The notes under the pieces: generated by a model | Told to the model about the DNA's origin: nothing | What the model saw: only the letters and a program-made list of their open reading frames with translations | The model's database searches: none | Made by a program: the position numbers and the translations under genes | Assembly: GCA_044372565.1 (NCBI GenBank) | Contig: JBILRP010000004.1 | Span: 5,028-69,027 of the forward strand | DNA: 64,000 bases | Source: Bacilli bacterium | GTDB lineage: Bacteria > Bacillota_I > Bacilli_A > RFN20 > CAG-826 | Direction of reading: 5' to 3' | In this document: in pieces, positions 44,735 to 53,311 of the stretch | Position numbering within the stretch: the stretch's first letter is position 1 | Layout of the letters: each line of letters opens with the position of its first letter

Positions 44735-47215
44735 TTAATGATATTTTCTTTTTTTAAGAAATTCTCTAATTAAGAAACTCATGAAACCAGCAAAGATAGT
44801 CGTTAATAACAAAGATGTTGTAGGGGTAACTTCTCTTTGTTCATCAAACTTCAAGGCAAAAAGAGGCGTGTTATTTCCGTTGATTAAATAATTATTAGCA
44901 TCAAGGGAAGGATATTTATTAATTAAGAATTCGTATCGCAGCCTTGCACTAAGAATGGTTGCTTGATTGGTGGTTGTAAAATAGTCCTTCATGGCATTGG
45001 TTAAATAACCATATTCGGTTGCAAGTCCATTCCAAGGAATATTCCCTCCATCTAACACGGCACAATAGGGTGCAGAAATATCAAGAAAATATTGAGCATA
45101 GACCAGCGAAGGATTTTCCACATTACCGGATGTAAAAGTATGATCTGCTAAATAAGTGGCGGTATCCGTAGCATACACGATCCATTCTATGGTTGAGCCT
45201 GTCCATAAATAAGTTAAGTTACCTTGATAAACCGAACTCGTCCTGACTAACGTTTTATTAAGGGTTGTTAACACTGCACCATTAGCATCTGTCCCAGTCC
45301 ACGCTGAACCAGGGTCTGTGCCGCCAACAATACCGATTTGATCAATTAAGGTTCCGTTAGAGTAAAGGCCAACGCCATCGTTACCGTTGAAATTGGCAAC
45401 CCCACTCGCAATTTTATACCCGTGAGCATTAATGATATTTAAAATACTAGCTTGGGTTGATGAATTATAAATGATGATGACTTCATCATTTGGTAGGGTA
45501 CCTGTTAAATCTAAGGTTGTGGTCGCTGTAGTAGCACCATTTGAAAACAACTTTACTTGATAATCTTCTAAACTTACCGCATCACCGGTGCCATTATAAA
45601 TTTCAACGTACTTGTTGCTACTACTACCTTCCATATATTCAGAAAAAAATAAATCATTCGCGACAGCTAAGTTTGCCCCTTGAAGCGTAACGTTAATGCT
45701 GTAGGTTTGACTGACGCCAGCATAGGTAATCGTCACGTTTTGTGAGCCAAGATCATGTAAATCCGGCGTCGAAGACGTGTAAATGCTTGAAGCAATGGTT
45801 CTCGTAGAGGCATCGGAATAGACTGCAGAGACGATTAATTGATCTTGTTGAAACGATCCTTGAAACACAAAGGTTGTCGTGACATTGGTGGTATTTAAAC
45901 TTAAGGAAACAAGATTCTTATTTTGAACGGTCATCGAAAACGTCGTCGTTCGTGTAATCCCACCTTCAACATAGGTGACGGTCACGGTTTTATTGCCACT
46001 TGACGCAAATGATGTCACCCCATCATAATCCGTTGACCAATCTGTGACAACTTTCGTTGAACTATCGGACATCGTTGCCGTCACCACTAATCCGGTTGCA
46101 TCAAAGGTTTCATTCAAGGCATAGGTGGTTAAGATGTTGGAGGTATTTACACTAATACTTGATAACGTCACTCCACTTGCTGAGGCCCATGCAGGATTAT
46201 TACCAACCGAACTCGTTCCACTGACGATGGTTGCCCCAGCCCCAGTGTAACTGGTATCAAAGACAATATCCGCCCATTCTGGGTGATCGATATAAGGATT
46301 ACGGTTGCCTTGAAAATTATGATAAATTAAATTATTACGTTTAATTTCATATTCATCGACTGGGTCCTCTTCGTTCCATTGCAAGTAGTGAGATAAAATT
46401 CCTAGTTCCCCATACACCGACGCGGATGAAGTCACGGTGGTCCCACCGACTACACTTTCTACCAATCGTAATTGGGGATTACCCGTGGAACTATAGGTGA
46501 GATAACGCGTGGCCATATAAAACACCATGCGAGCGATATCCCCTTTGTATTCATCGGCAGGTTCATAAACTTTTTTACTGAGTGATAAGGTTGAATATCC
46601 AGTTTTTCCGGAGATGTTCCCTCGTTCATCGAGAACGTTACTCGCACCCGTAGACACATCACCAAAATCTAAATTTGAATGATAATTATTATTGTTCTGA
46701 TCAGAAGAAATTAAATGATGTAAATCAGTTCCCGCTGGGGCGGTTTCACCAAAATTACCTAATGACTTCGCCCAGGTGTGTTCTTTATTCCAAATGGTTG
46801 TATGATCAGCATTCCATTGATAGGCTTGCGAAGTCCCATTATATTTCCCGTAAATTAATCTTAAGTAAGGGTTATCCGTGGACGTATTCGTAAAGTTGTA
46901 AGAGGTACCATTCGCAAGAGGAGATTTATCATAATCGCGGTCGACAATCGCCATCGCATATTTGGTTTCTGCATAAGGAGATATTACTGTATGGTTTTTT
47001 ATCCGATTATTCAAAGCCGTTTTTAAGGTATTACCAGTCATCGCTTCCGTTACAAAATCATCATAATACTGATGAACTTGAGTATCCGTCCAATTGGTGG
47101 TGGTAATGGTTCTAGTTTCATCGCGGAGAGCTGCTGCAACTTCTATTAGATTTACTTTAGGATTAATAGGAAAAATTGCAAATAATAAAAATAAAAACTG
47201 AACTAACTTTTTCAC
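44735..47215 (-). CDS. Membrane-anchored extracellular nuclease: signal peptide, endonuclease I domain, two Ig-like (Big) repeats, lamin-tail domain, C-terminal module and TM anchor
   Basis: Endonuclease-I motifs NKEHTWAKS, DLHHLISSDQNNNNYHSN, GDIARMVFYMATRY, GNRNPYIDHPEW. Tandem about 80-aa repeats (...NKTVTVTYVEGG.../...SQNVTITYAGVS...). LTD FSEYMEGSSSNKYVEIYNGTGDAVSLEDYQVKLF...NGNDGVGLY. C-terminal hydrophobic helix plus KKRKYH. GTG start. Confidence 0.85.
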   Translation of the reverse strand: MKKLVQFLFLLFAIFPINPKVNLIEVAAALRDETRTITTTNWTDTQVHQYYDDFVTEAMTGNTLKTALNNRIKNHTVISPYAETKYAMAIVDRDYDKSPLANGTSYNFTNTSTDNPYLRLIYGKYNGTSQAYQWNADHTTIWNKEHTWAKSLGNFGETAPAGTDLHHLISSDQNNNNYHSNLDFGDVSTGASNVLDERGNISGKTGYSTLSLSKKVYEPADEYKGDIARMVFYMATRYLTYSSTGNPQLRLVESVVGGTTVTSSASVYGELGILSHYLQWNEEDPVDEYEIKRNNLIYHNFQGNRNPYIDHPEWADIVFDTSYTGAGATIVSGTSSVGNNPAWASASGVTLSSISVNTSNILTTYALNETFDATGLVVTATMSDSSTKVVTDWSTDYDGVTSFASSGNKTVTVTYVEGGITRTTTFSMTVQNKNLVSLSLNTTNVTTTFVFQGSFQQDQLIVSAVYSDASTRTIASSIYTSSTPDLHDLGSQNVTITYAGVSQTYSINVTLQGANLAVANDLFFSEYMEGSSSNKYVEIYNGTGDAVSLEDYQVKLFSNGATTATTTLDLTGTLPNDEVIIIYNSSTQASILNIINAHGYKIASGVANFNGNDGVGLYSNGTLIDQIGIVGGTDPGSAWTGTDANGAVLTTLNKTLVRTSSVYQGNLTYLWTGSTIEWIVYATDTATYLADHTFTSGNVENPSLVYAQYFLDISAPYCAVLDGGNIPWNGLATEYGYLTNAMKDYFTTTNQATILSARLRYEFLINKYPSLDANNYLINGNNTPLFALKFDEQREVTPTTSLLLTTIFAGFMSFLIREFLKKRKYH

Positions 47216-47241
47216 AATAATATTTTATCAAAATTACCAAA

Positions 47242-48066
47242 TTAACTACCAAATATAAAATCTGGCAATGATATGTTGAATGATCTTAGATAATTGTATC
47301 TGTTTCTTGCGTTTAAAATCGTTTGATTTGTTGTGGTGTTTTGGAAATATATTTTTGCATCCGATGATAAATTAGTGTAGGAACTAGATAGTGTTGTCCA
47401 GTTATCATCAGATAAACAGTTTTCTTTATCATTCGTAGAATTTAGTAAGGTGGTTGCAAACGTAGTTGCATCGTCATAAGTTGTTATTAGTTCACTTGAA
47501 TAAGTGATTGTTAACTCCTGAAACCTCATATATTTACTATCAGTGAAACCAGAACTAGAATGTAAGATCAATTTAAACTTATCAATATCTGAAGGGTTTT
47601 CAGGAAGAGTTAAAGTGATACTTGAACCTTGGATATAACTTTCATCAGCATTATTTAAAGTAAATGAACCAGTTGCACTATTTAATACCGTGTTTGAGCT
47701 ATTTAGTATTTCAGCTCGAAGAAAACCGGAAGTTCCTGTGCCGCCAAATGAACCAACTTTAAATGTGATTGTCAGTGAGCTTGTAAATTGTTCTAAAGGG
47801 TCGATTAAAGAAGATTTACTTGAAGTACTTACAAAATTGGTTTCATTTGTTCTAAATCTAACATAATCTGTTCCTTGTGTTGGTGTAAAGCCACTCTGCA
47901 CCCATCCTGAAGTTAAATTTGAGGTGCCAAAAAGAGCAACTTTGGTTCTGCTCAAAGCCTCCCCTTGAAGGACACTCGTCGAATAATTCGCAATGGTAGA
48001 ACCTATCCCCGCCAAGAGAAAAACATTGGTCATGAATAGCATGATTTTTTTATTGATGAATCGCAT
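47242..48066 (-). CDS. Hypothetical secreted/membrane-anchored protein sharing a C-terminal module with the adjacent nuclease
   Basis: N-terminal signal/anchor MRFINKKIMLFMTNVFLLAGIG. SD GAGGA 6 nt before ATG 48066. The C-terminal W..L...Y..L...K.YF..TTNQ.IL.AR.RY..L segment parallels residues ~735-790 of the 826-aa nuclease. Confidence 0.6.
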   Translation of the reverse strand: MRFINKKIMLFMTNVFLLAGIGSTIANYSTSVLQGEALSRTKVALFGTSNLTSGWVQSGFTPTQGTDYVRFRTNETNFVSTSSKSSLIDPLEQFTSSLTITFKVGSFGGTGTSGFLRAEILNSSNTVLNSATGSFTLNNADESYIQGSSITLTLPENPSDIDKFKLILHSSSGFTDSKYMRFQELTITYSSELITTYDDATTFATTLLNSTNDKENCLSDDNWTTLSSSYTNLSSDAKIYFQNTTTNQTILNARNRYNYLRSFNISLPDFIFGS

Positions 48067-48329
48067 ACTTGGTCCTCTTCTCCAACTAAGATAGTTTGTC
48101 TTAGTTTTAATCAAAGATTTAAAGTGAACAATGAGATATTAGATAGACTATATCAATTTAAATTGAAAAATAGACTTCATCAATTGTTAAGAATTGATAA
48201 AGTAAAGAAAAATTCAAAAAATGTATGTTTTATTTATATTTTTTGAACTTTTTGTTGAAATTGAAATCAAAACTAAACCATTATTTGCATAGCAAAAAGA
48301 ATAGTTTAAAGCTTGTTTGTCAATTGGAT

Positions 48330-49352
48330 TTAAGCAGCACAATACCCTTGGGTGTTGCTATTGGATGGACCCCAAACCCGACACACAAACTCTTGATGAT
48401 CGATGTAGGGGTTACGATTGCCTTGTTTGCTATAGATAACTTCATTCCGATTGGTTTCAAAGGCATCCACAGGATCTTCTAGATGCCACTTGACCAAGAA
48501 ACTGAGTTGGGCCATTTGAAAGGTGGTAGGTTTATTTAAACCGGTGACATCCACCAAACTTAATTCTGGCCACATGGTGACCATATAAAATAAAATTCTT
48601 GCAACATCCCCTCTGACCACACTGGGCGGGGCATAACTGGTCGTGGTGGTGGTTTCTGCAAAGTATTTATTACCTCGAGAACTGTTCACACTTGGACTTT
48701 CTGGTTTGATATTATGATAATCCGCACCTTTATGACGTGAGGGGTTGTCCGTTGAAACATTCATTAACGATTGAGGATAGACATGTTCTCGATTCCATGT
48801 TGATCCTGCATCCCAGGTCGAAGATACACTTTGACGACTATAAACCAAGATGATGTTGTTTGGATTATTCGGATCGACATCACTCAAAGGAAGATCATAG
48901 CGAGCATTACCATATTCGGTGGCAGCAGGTAATAATCCTGTTGGGGATAAGATGCTGCGAAGGATCGTGGTTAAGGTTGGTTTGAGTTGAGCATCACTCA
49001 CCCCATTGACTGCTTGATAATACCCTTGATACACGGGTTGGCTAGAAAGGTCTTGTGAGGATGTTGAAGCCGTGCTCGAACTTGACGATAAACTCGAATC
49101 ACTTGTCACCATTGAGGAAGAAGGAATCAACGAACTAGATTCGACCGTCGAGGAGGACAAAGATGATTCAGGCATCAACGACGACATCGATGGTGATGAC
49201 GTCGACTCACTGCTGATCAAACTTGTGCTTGGGATAGTTGTGGTTGAGGTCGATGAAGGAAAAGGGACCACGCATCCAGTTAAGATGAACGCTAACAATG
49301 GAATCGCCAATCCGATGAATCGAGATGACTTTGGTTTATTCATTCCCTTCAT
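48330..49352 (-). CDS. Lipoprotein endonuclease I family nuclease with a Ser-rich linker
   Basis: Lipobox LAFILTGC; about 70-aa S/T-rich linker; endonuclease-I motifs NREHVYPQS, DYHNIKPESPSVNSSRGN, GDVARILFYMV, GNRNPYIDHQEF. Confidence 0.85.
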   Translation of the reverse strand: MKGMNKPKSSRFIGLAIPLLAFILTGCVVPFPSSTSTTTIPSTSLISSESTSSPSMSSLMPESSLSSSTVESSSLIPSSSMVTSDSSLSSSSSTASTSSQDLSSQPVYQGYYQAVNGVSDAQLKPTLTTILRSILSPTGLLPAATEYGNARYDLPLSDVDPNNPNNIILVYSRQSVSSTWDAGSTWNREHVYPQSLMNVSTDNPSRHKGADYHNIKPESPSVNSSRGNKYFAETTTTTSYAPPSVVRGDVARILFYMVTMWPELSLVDVTGLNKPTTFQMAQLSFLVKWHLEDPVDAFETNRNEVIYSKQGNRNPYIDHQEFVCRVWGPSNSNTQGYCAA

Positions 49353-49367
49353 CTTAGTCCTTATGGT

Positions 49368-51281
49368 TTAAAAAGATAGATGTTTTCTCATGCGCTGTAA
49401 GATCGCAACATCTTTGACAATATTGAGATATTGAAACCCTGGTAACCCGGATTGTTTTGCCCCCATGAGTTCACCAGGACCACGAAGTTGTAAATCTTGT
49501 TCGGCAATATAAAATCCATCATTGGAATCGACAAGCACTTGTAATCGTTCTCGGCCTTCCACGTGTTGATCTTGGACAACGAGTAAACATAATGCCTCAG
49601 ATCCATCGCGGCCAATTCGACCTCTTAATTGATGTAGAGACGCTAACCCAAAGGTATCGGCATCATGAATGATCATCACCGTCGCCGGTTTGACATCAAT
49701 GCCCACTTCAATGACCGTGGTGCTGACGATGATTGGGGTATAACCAGTCGAGAATTTAACAAGCGCATCTTCTTTTTCTTCTCCATCCAATTTGCCATGA
49801 AGTAGACTCACTTGCTTGGGATACTTTTTCGCATACGTTTGATACAAGGTCACCACACTTTGTTTGCCAGAACTCGACTCCATGATTTTTGGTGCGACCA
49901 CATAAATTCGCTTCTTTTGTTCTAAGGCGGCAACCACGGCATAGTCAATGAGCGCGTCCTGTTCTTCAACAATTTTTGTTTTCACTTGGCGGGAGGCAAA
50001 AGGAAATTGGGTGAGGGTGGAAATATCCATGTCTGCATAGACCGTCATCGCCAAGGAACGAGGAATCGGGGTTGCTGACATCATCAATAGATCAGCTTGT
50101 CTTCCTTTATCTTTGAGTAAATCTCGTTGGTTGACCCCAAAGCGATGTTGTTCATCAATCACCGCAAGGCCTAAGGAAAAGAACTCGGTGTCTTGAGAAA
50201 ACAGGGCATGGGTGCCAATCAGAATATCAATGGTGCCATTGAGCAGAGACTCTTTGATCGCCTTTTTCTCAGCACTGGATAATCCACCCACGAGTAAGCC
50301 AATCGTCAACCCTTGCTTACCTAATAATTCTTTTAGCGTTTGAAAATGTTGTTTCGCTAAGGCATCTGTAGGTGCCATCAATGCCCCTTGATTTTTTCTT
50401 AATGAATTGGCGTAAAGCGCCAGTGCTGCGACCACGGTTTTACCACTTCCCACATCTCCTTGAAGTAAGCGATACATGCGCTTGTCACCATTCAAATCAC
50501 TGACAATATCGTCGACCGCTTGCAGTTGATCTCGGGTTAAGGCATAAGGAAGTTTTTCAATCATATCAATAACGGACCCGGTGGGAATCGTTGAATGATG
50601 TTCTTTGATGGTCGCTTCATTGGTCTGACGAATCGCCATCATCGTCTTTGTAAAGACATACGCTTCTTCATGTTTAAAAATCATCATCGCTGCTTCCACA
50701 TCCTCTAATCGTTGCGGAAGATGGATAGTTTGAATCGCTTGTTTTTTATCATGATGAGGTAAGGTGGCGAGTAAGCTAGAAGGTAACGTCACAGGAAACG
50801 ATAAATCCGCTAACATCGATAAACCTTTTTTCACTAAACGCGTAAACACAAAATTCTCAATCGTGCTTGGGAGGCGATAAATCGGTTTGAGTTTAGGACC
50901 GTCACTGAGTTCACCTTTGAATGCATTGATAAGATTCACCACTTGACGGTTGGCATCATATTTACCAATCACGGTGATGGTTTCATTCGGGATGATCATC
51001 TTTGAAAGAAAAGGACGATTAAAGGCAATCACATGCATGAGATGACCGTGTTGGTCTTTGATGGTGAACCTCGTGGTGACAAAGTGCCCGCGGCGAAAGA
51101 CACTCGCCTGGCTCGTGATCTTGCCATGTAAGACCAACCGTTGTTGATCATGATACAAAGCATGGCTCGTCAGATTCATATCTTCATAACGATAAGGAAA
51201 GTGTAAAAGGACATCCACAAATGTGTGGATGCCCATGGTTGATAATGCTTCTTGAAGACGTGGGCTAGTCGTTAGCTTCAT
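49368..51281 (-). CDS. recG: ATP-dependent DNA helicase RecG
   Basis: Wedge/OB N-domain; helicase motifs GDVGSGKT, VIDEQHRFG, SATPIPR, QLRGRIGRG-like HQLRGRIGRD. Confidence 0.95.
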   Translation of the reverse strand: MKLTTSPRLQEALSTMGIHTFVDVLLHFPYRYEDMNLTSHALYHDQQRLVLHGKITSQASVFRRGHFVTTRFTIKDQHGHLMHVIAFNRPFLSKMIIPNETITVIGKYDANRQVVNLINAFKGELSDGPKLKPIYRLPSTIENFVFTRLVKKGLSMLADLSFPVTLPSSLLATLPHHDKKQAIQTIHLPQRLEDVEAAMMIFKHEEAYVFTKTMMAIRQTNEATIKEHHSTIPTGSVIDMIEKLPYALTRDQLQAVDDIVSDLNGDKRMYRLLQGDVGSGKTVVAALALYANSLRKNQGALMAPTDALAKQHFQTLKELLGKQGLTIGLLVGGLSSAEKKAIKESLLNGTIDILIGTHALFSQDTEFFSLGLAVIDEQHRFGVNQRDLLKDKGRQADLLMMSATPIPRSLAMTVYADMDISTLTQFPFASRQVKTKIVEEQDALIDYAVVAALEQKKRIYVVAPKIMESSSGKQSVVTLYQTYAKKYPKQVSLLHGKLDGEEKEDALVKFSTGYTPIIVSTTVIEVGIDVKPATVMIIHDADTFGLASLHQLRGRIGRDGSEALCLLVVQDQHVEGRERLQVLVDSNDGFYIAEQDLQLRGPGELMGAKQSGLPGFQYLNIVKDVAILQRMRKHLSF

Positions 51282-52620
51282 GAAACCTATTATATTCGTT
51301 TGGTTTGACGATGGGTAAAATCAGTAGCACCAAAAAGAACACACCCGATAAGTCTGGTCTAAATAAAATCCGATCTTCAAACATCATCTGGACGATGAAG
51401 CTGATGATCAATGCCCACATCGGAATGGTGATCGCATGGTGTTTGGTTAATTGAATCAAGGCTTTGATGTATTCCCAATGGGCAACGGTCAATAGTAACG
51501 TCCCCACCAATCCATAAGACACTAGAATTTCTAAAAAGCCATTATGAAATCGATCATTGACGATTTGATACATCAGTTGACCAGCGCCTCCGGTGGAACG
51601 AACCGCGGTGGCCACCCCAAGATAGGTGTTACTTAAACCTAATCCGTAACCAAAGAACGTGTTGTTGTTTTGAAATAGCGTCATTCCATCCACCCAAATA
51701 TCGACGCGTGATGTAAACGAACCAAGGGCAGAACTCGTGAGTAAACTTTGTAAACGATCCATCAACGGATGATCAATCATGAAGATGGATTGATAACCCA
51801 CAAAGAGCATGATCATGAAAGCGGACATCGTCATTTTCAGTAAGGTTGGTTTTTGTTTTAATACCCGATACAAAAGCATCAAGGCATACACAACCCCATA
51901 CATGACCATCGCAAGCATCGCAGTCTTAGAAACAGTAAAGACAATGATGATGCTAAAGAGGATGCCAAGGATTGGATAAATCCATCGATGGTGCTTCTCC
52001 GACATAAACAAAGAACCAACGGCATAGACACCCATCGTTAGATTAAATGAATAAATATTGGTGTTCGTCGTAAACGAGGTGATGCTAAGTCTTGCCCCAT
52101 CATTAAAGTTTTCAAACACATAAACATATTCTTCCCACTCCATTAACAAACTGTAAAGGACTTCGACGATTACCACCGCCAAGACGATGCCAAGTACCCA
52201 GCGATACAAATACTTTGCCGAGATTAACGGTGCGGTGAAAAAATATAACGCATATAAAATCATCCCAACCGACATCCCATAAAACATCCCTTGTAATATC
52301 TTCATCGTTGAAAGGGTAAAGATGGTGGTGGATTCAGCAAGACTCGTGTTGAGTTGTGATAACAAGATTTGGTCTTGACTCCAAATCCCAGCAAGGATGG
52401 GATAAATCATCATCATTATGAATAAGATTTCAATGCCTTGAAGCCGATGTTGTAATCGGTAGTCAATCAAGAGCACTAAAAAAATAAACAAACTTATTGC
52501 CGCAAGAATTAAATAAATGGGAATGGGAATCACAGTCGGAAATTCATGTGAAGCCAAGGTCAGTTCAAAGTTAATCGCCCCAACGATTCCTAGTAATAAG
52601 AGGATGAAGAATTTTCGCAT
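51265..52620 (-). CDS. O-antigen ligase/polymerase (Wzy_C) family membrane protein
   Basis: About 12 TM helices; external-loop motif RFHNGFLEILVSYGLVG typical of Wzy_C/WaaL-like proteins. SD AAAGGAG. Overlaps the recG start by 17 nt. Confidence 0.65.
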   Translation of the reverse strand: MRKFFILLLLGIVGAINFELTLASHEFPTVIPIPIYLILAAISLFIFLVLLIDYRLQHRLQGIEILFIMMMIYPILAGIWSQDQILLSQLNTSLAESTTIFTLSTMKILQGMFYGMSVGMILYALYFFTAPLISAKYLYRWVLGIVLAVVIVEVLYSLLMEWEEYVYVFENFNDGARLSITSFTTNTNIYSFNLTMGVYAVGSLFMSEKHHRWIYPILGILFSIIIVFTVSKTAMLAMVMYGVVYALMLLYRVLKQKPTLLKMTMSAFMIMLFVGYQSIFMIDHPLMDRLQSLLTSSALGSFTSRVDIWVDGMTLFQNNNTFFGYGLGLSNTYLGVATAVRSTGGAGQLMYQIVNDRFHNGFLEILVSYGLVGTLLLTVAHWEYIKALIQLTKHHAITIPMWALIISFIVQMMFEDRILFRPDLSGVFFLVLLILPIVKPNEYNRFHEAND

Positions 52621-52662
52621 ACATGTTGCTCCTTTGTTTTACACTTTCACTTTACACTTTAC

Positions 52663-52713
52663 ATTGTAATATGTAAAGTATTATTTGCAATATGTAAATT
52701 AATATTGTAATAT
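52663..52713. promoter_or_regulatory. Back-to-back divergent promoters sharing one palindromic -35 (TTGCAA), embedded in three about 14-nt direct repeats
   Basis: Plus strand: TTGCAA(52685-52690)-N17-TAATAT(52708-52713), then 6 nt to ATG 52720. Minus strand: the same TTGCAA-N16-TACAAT (52668-52663). Repeats ATTGTAATATGTAAA / TTTGCAATATGTAAA / ATTGTAATATCAAA start about 21 and 20 nt apart. Confidence 0.5.
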
Positions 52714-52719
52714 CAAATT

Positions 52720-53223
52720 ATGTTAAGGTCATTAAGTGTAAAGTTAAAAGAACAAAACGTGAAGCTTGCTCGGCTTGCGAAAGTCCTTCGTATCACCCGA
52801 CCAACCCTTTACCGTTACATTGAACTTTTTGATCAAAATCAAAAACAACTCATTCCTAAACAAGCCTTGTTGTTGTTATCACAACTTCATCAAAAAACAT
52901 CGGTATTAACAAAAGAAGATGTCTTATCTATCCCTGGATCAACCCCAAGTGATTTATTTCGAAAAAAACCAAATCTAAAAGCATCTTTAATCAAACTAAT
53001 CCAGGAATTGGATGAATTTTCTGATGAAAATCTGATTGAAGATTTGATGACAACATTAACCAGTGGAAAAAGTCGTTCATTATTACATTTGGTGAAACGA
53101 TTAAGCAGTATCACCAACAAGCAGTTAACCACTGGAAAACTAGAAAATGAAGTGGAATGGTTACTGGATTATATCCTTCATAAATACAATAAATCCGAAC
53201 CCAACGAAACATTCTTTAAATAA
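52720..53223 (+). CDS. Hypothetical HTH DNA-binding protein (167 aa)
   Basis: N-terminal HTH-like segment VKLARLAKVLRITRPTLYRYIELFD. No family recognised beyond that. Confidence 0.5.
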   Translation: MLRSLSVKLKEQNVKLARLAKVLRITRPTLYRYIELFDQNQKQLIPKQALLLLSQLHQKTSVLTKEDVLSIPGSTPSDLFRKKPNLKASLIKLIQELDEFSDENLIEDLMTTLTSGKSRSLLHLVKRLSSITNKQLTTGKLENEVEWLLDYILHKYNKSEPNETFFK

Positions 53224-53311
53224 TTTTGTTTAAGAAGAAGATAAACCTTTAAAAATGGTGGTTTTTTTGCTTTAATATAAGAGATACTATTGCACAAAAA
53301 ATAAATTAAAA

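Noticed and set aside
48115-48329. AT-rich 215-bp gap with small palindromes (caatttaaattg, tcaattg..caattga-like) and an 85-aa plus-strand ORF (48225..48482)
   Set aside because: Palindromes of this size are expected by chance in such AT-rich sequence. The ORF overlaps the 3' end of the lipoprotein nuclease gene in antisense and has no SD. The gap probably just holds the promoter region of the 274-aa gene.
35045-49352. dprA plus the surface nucleases as a dedicated competence (DNA-uptake) system
   Set aside because: dprA occupies its conserved housekeeping position next to topA. No comEA/comEC/comF or pilin genes are in the window. The link is only spatial, so it is mentioned as context rather than claimed.
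49072-49371. 99-aa acidic, Asp-rich plus-strand ORF
   Set aside because: It is the antisense reading of the Ser-rich (TCN/AGY) linker of the lipoprotein nuclease, so it is a compositional artefact. Likewise 30392..30670 + ORFs are antisense to the low-complexity S2 tail.
52640-52720. Short direct repeats as a possible mini-CRISPR array
   Set aside because: The repeats are only about 14 nt, degenerate and spaced about 20 nt apart. They overlap promoter hexamers and no cas genes are present, so they were interpreted as operator/promoter repeats. No CRISPR-like array was seen anywhere in the window.
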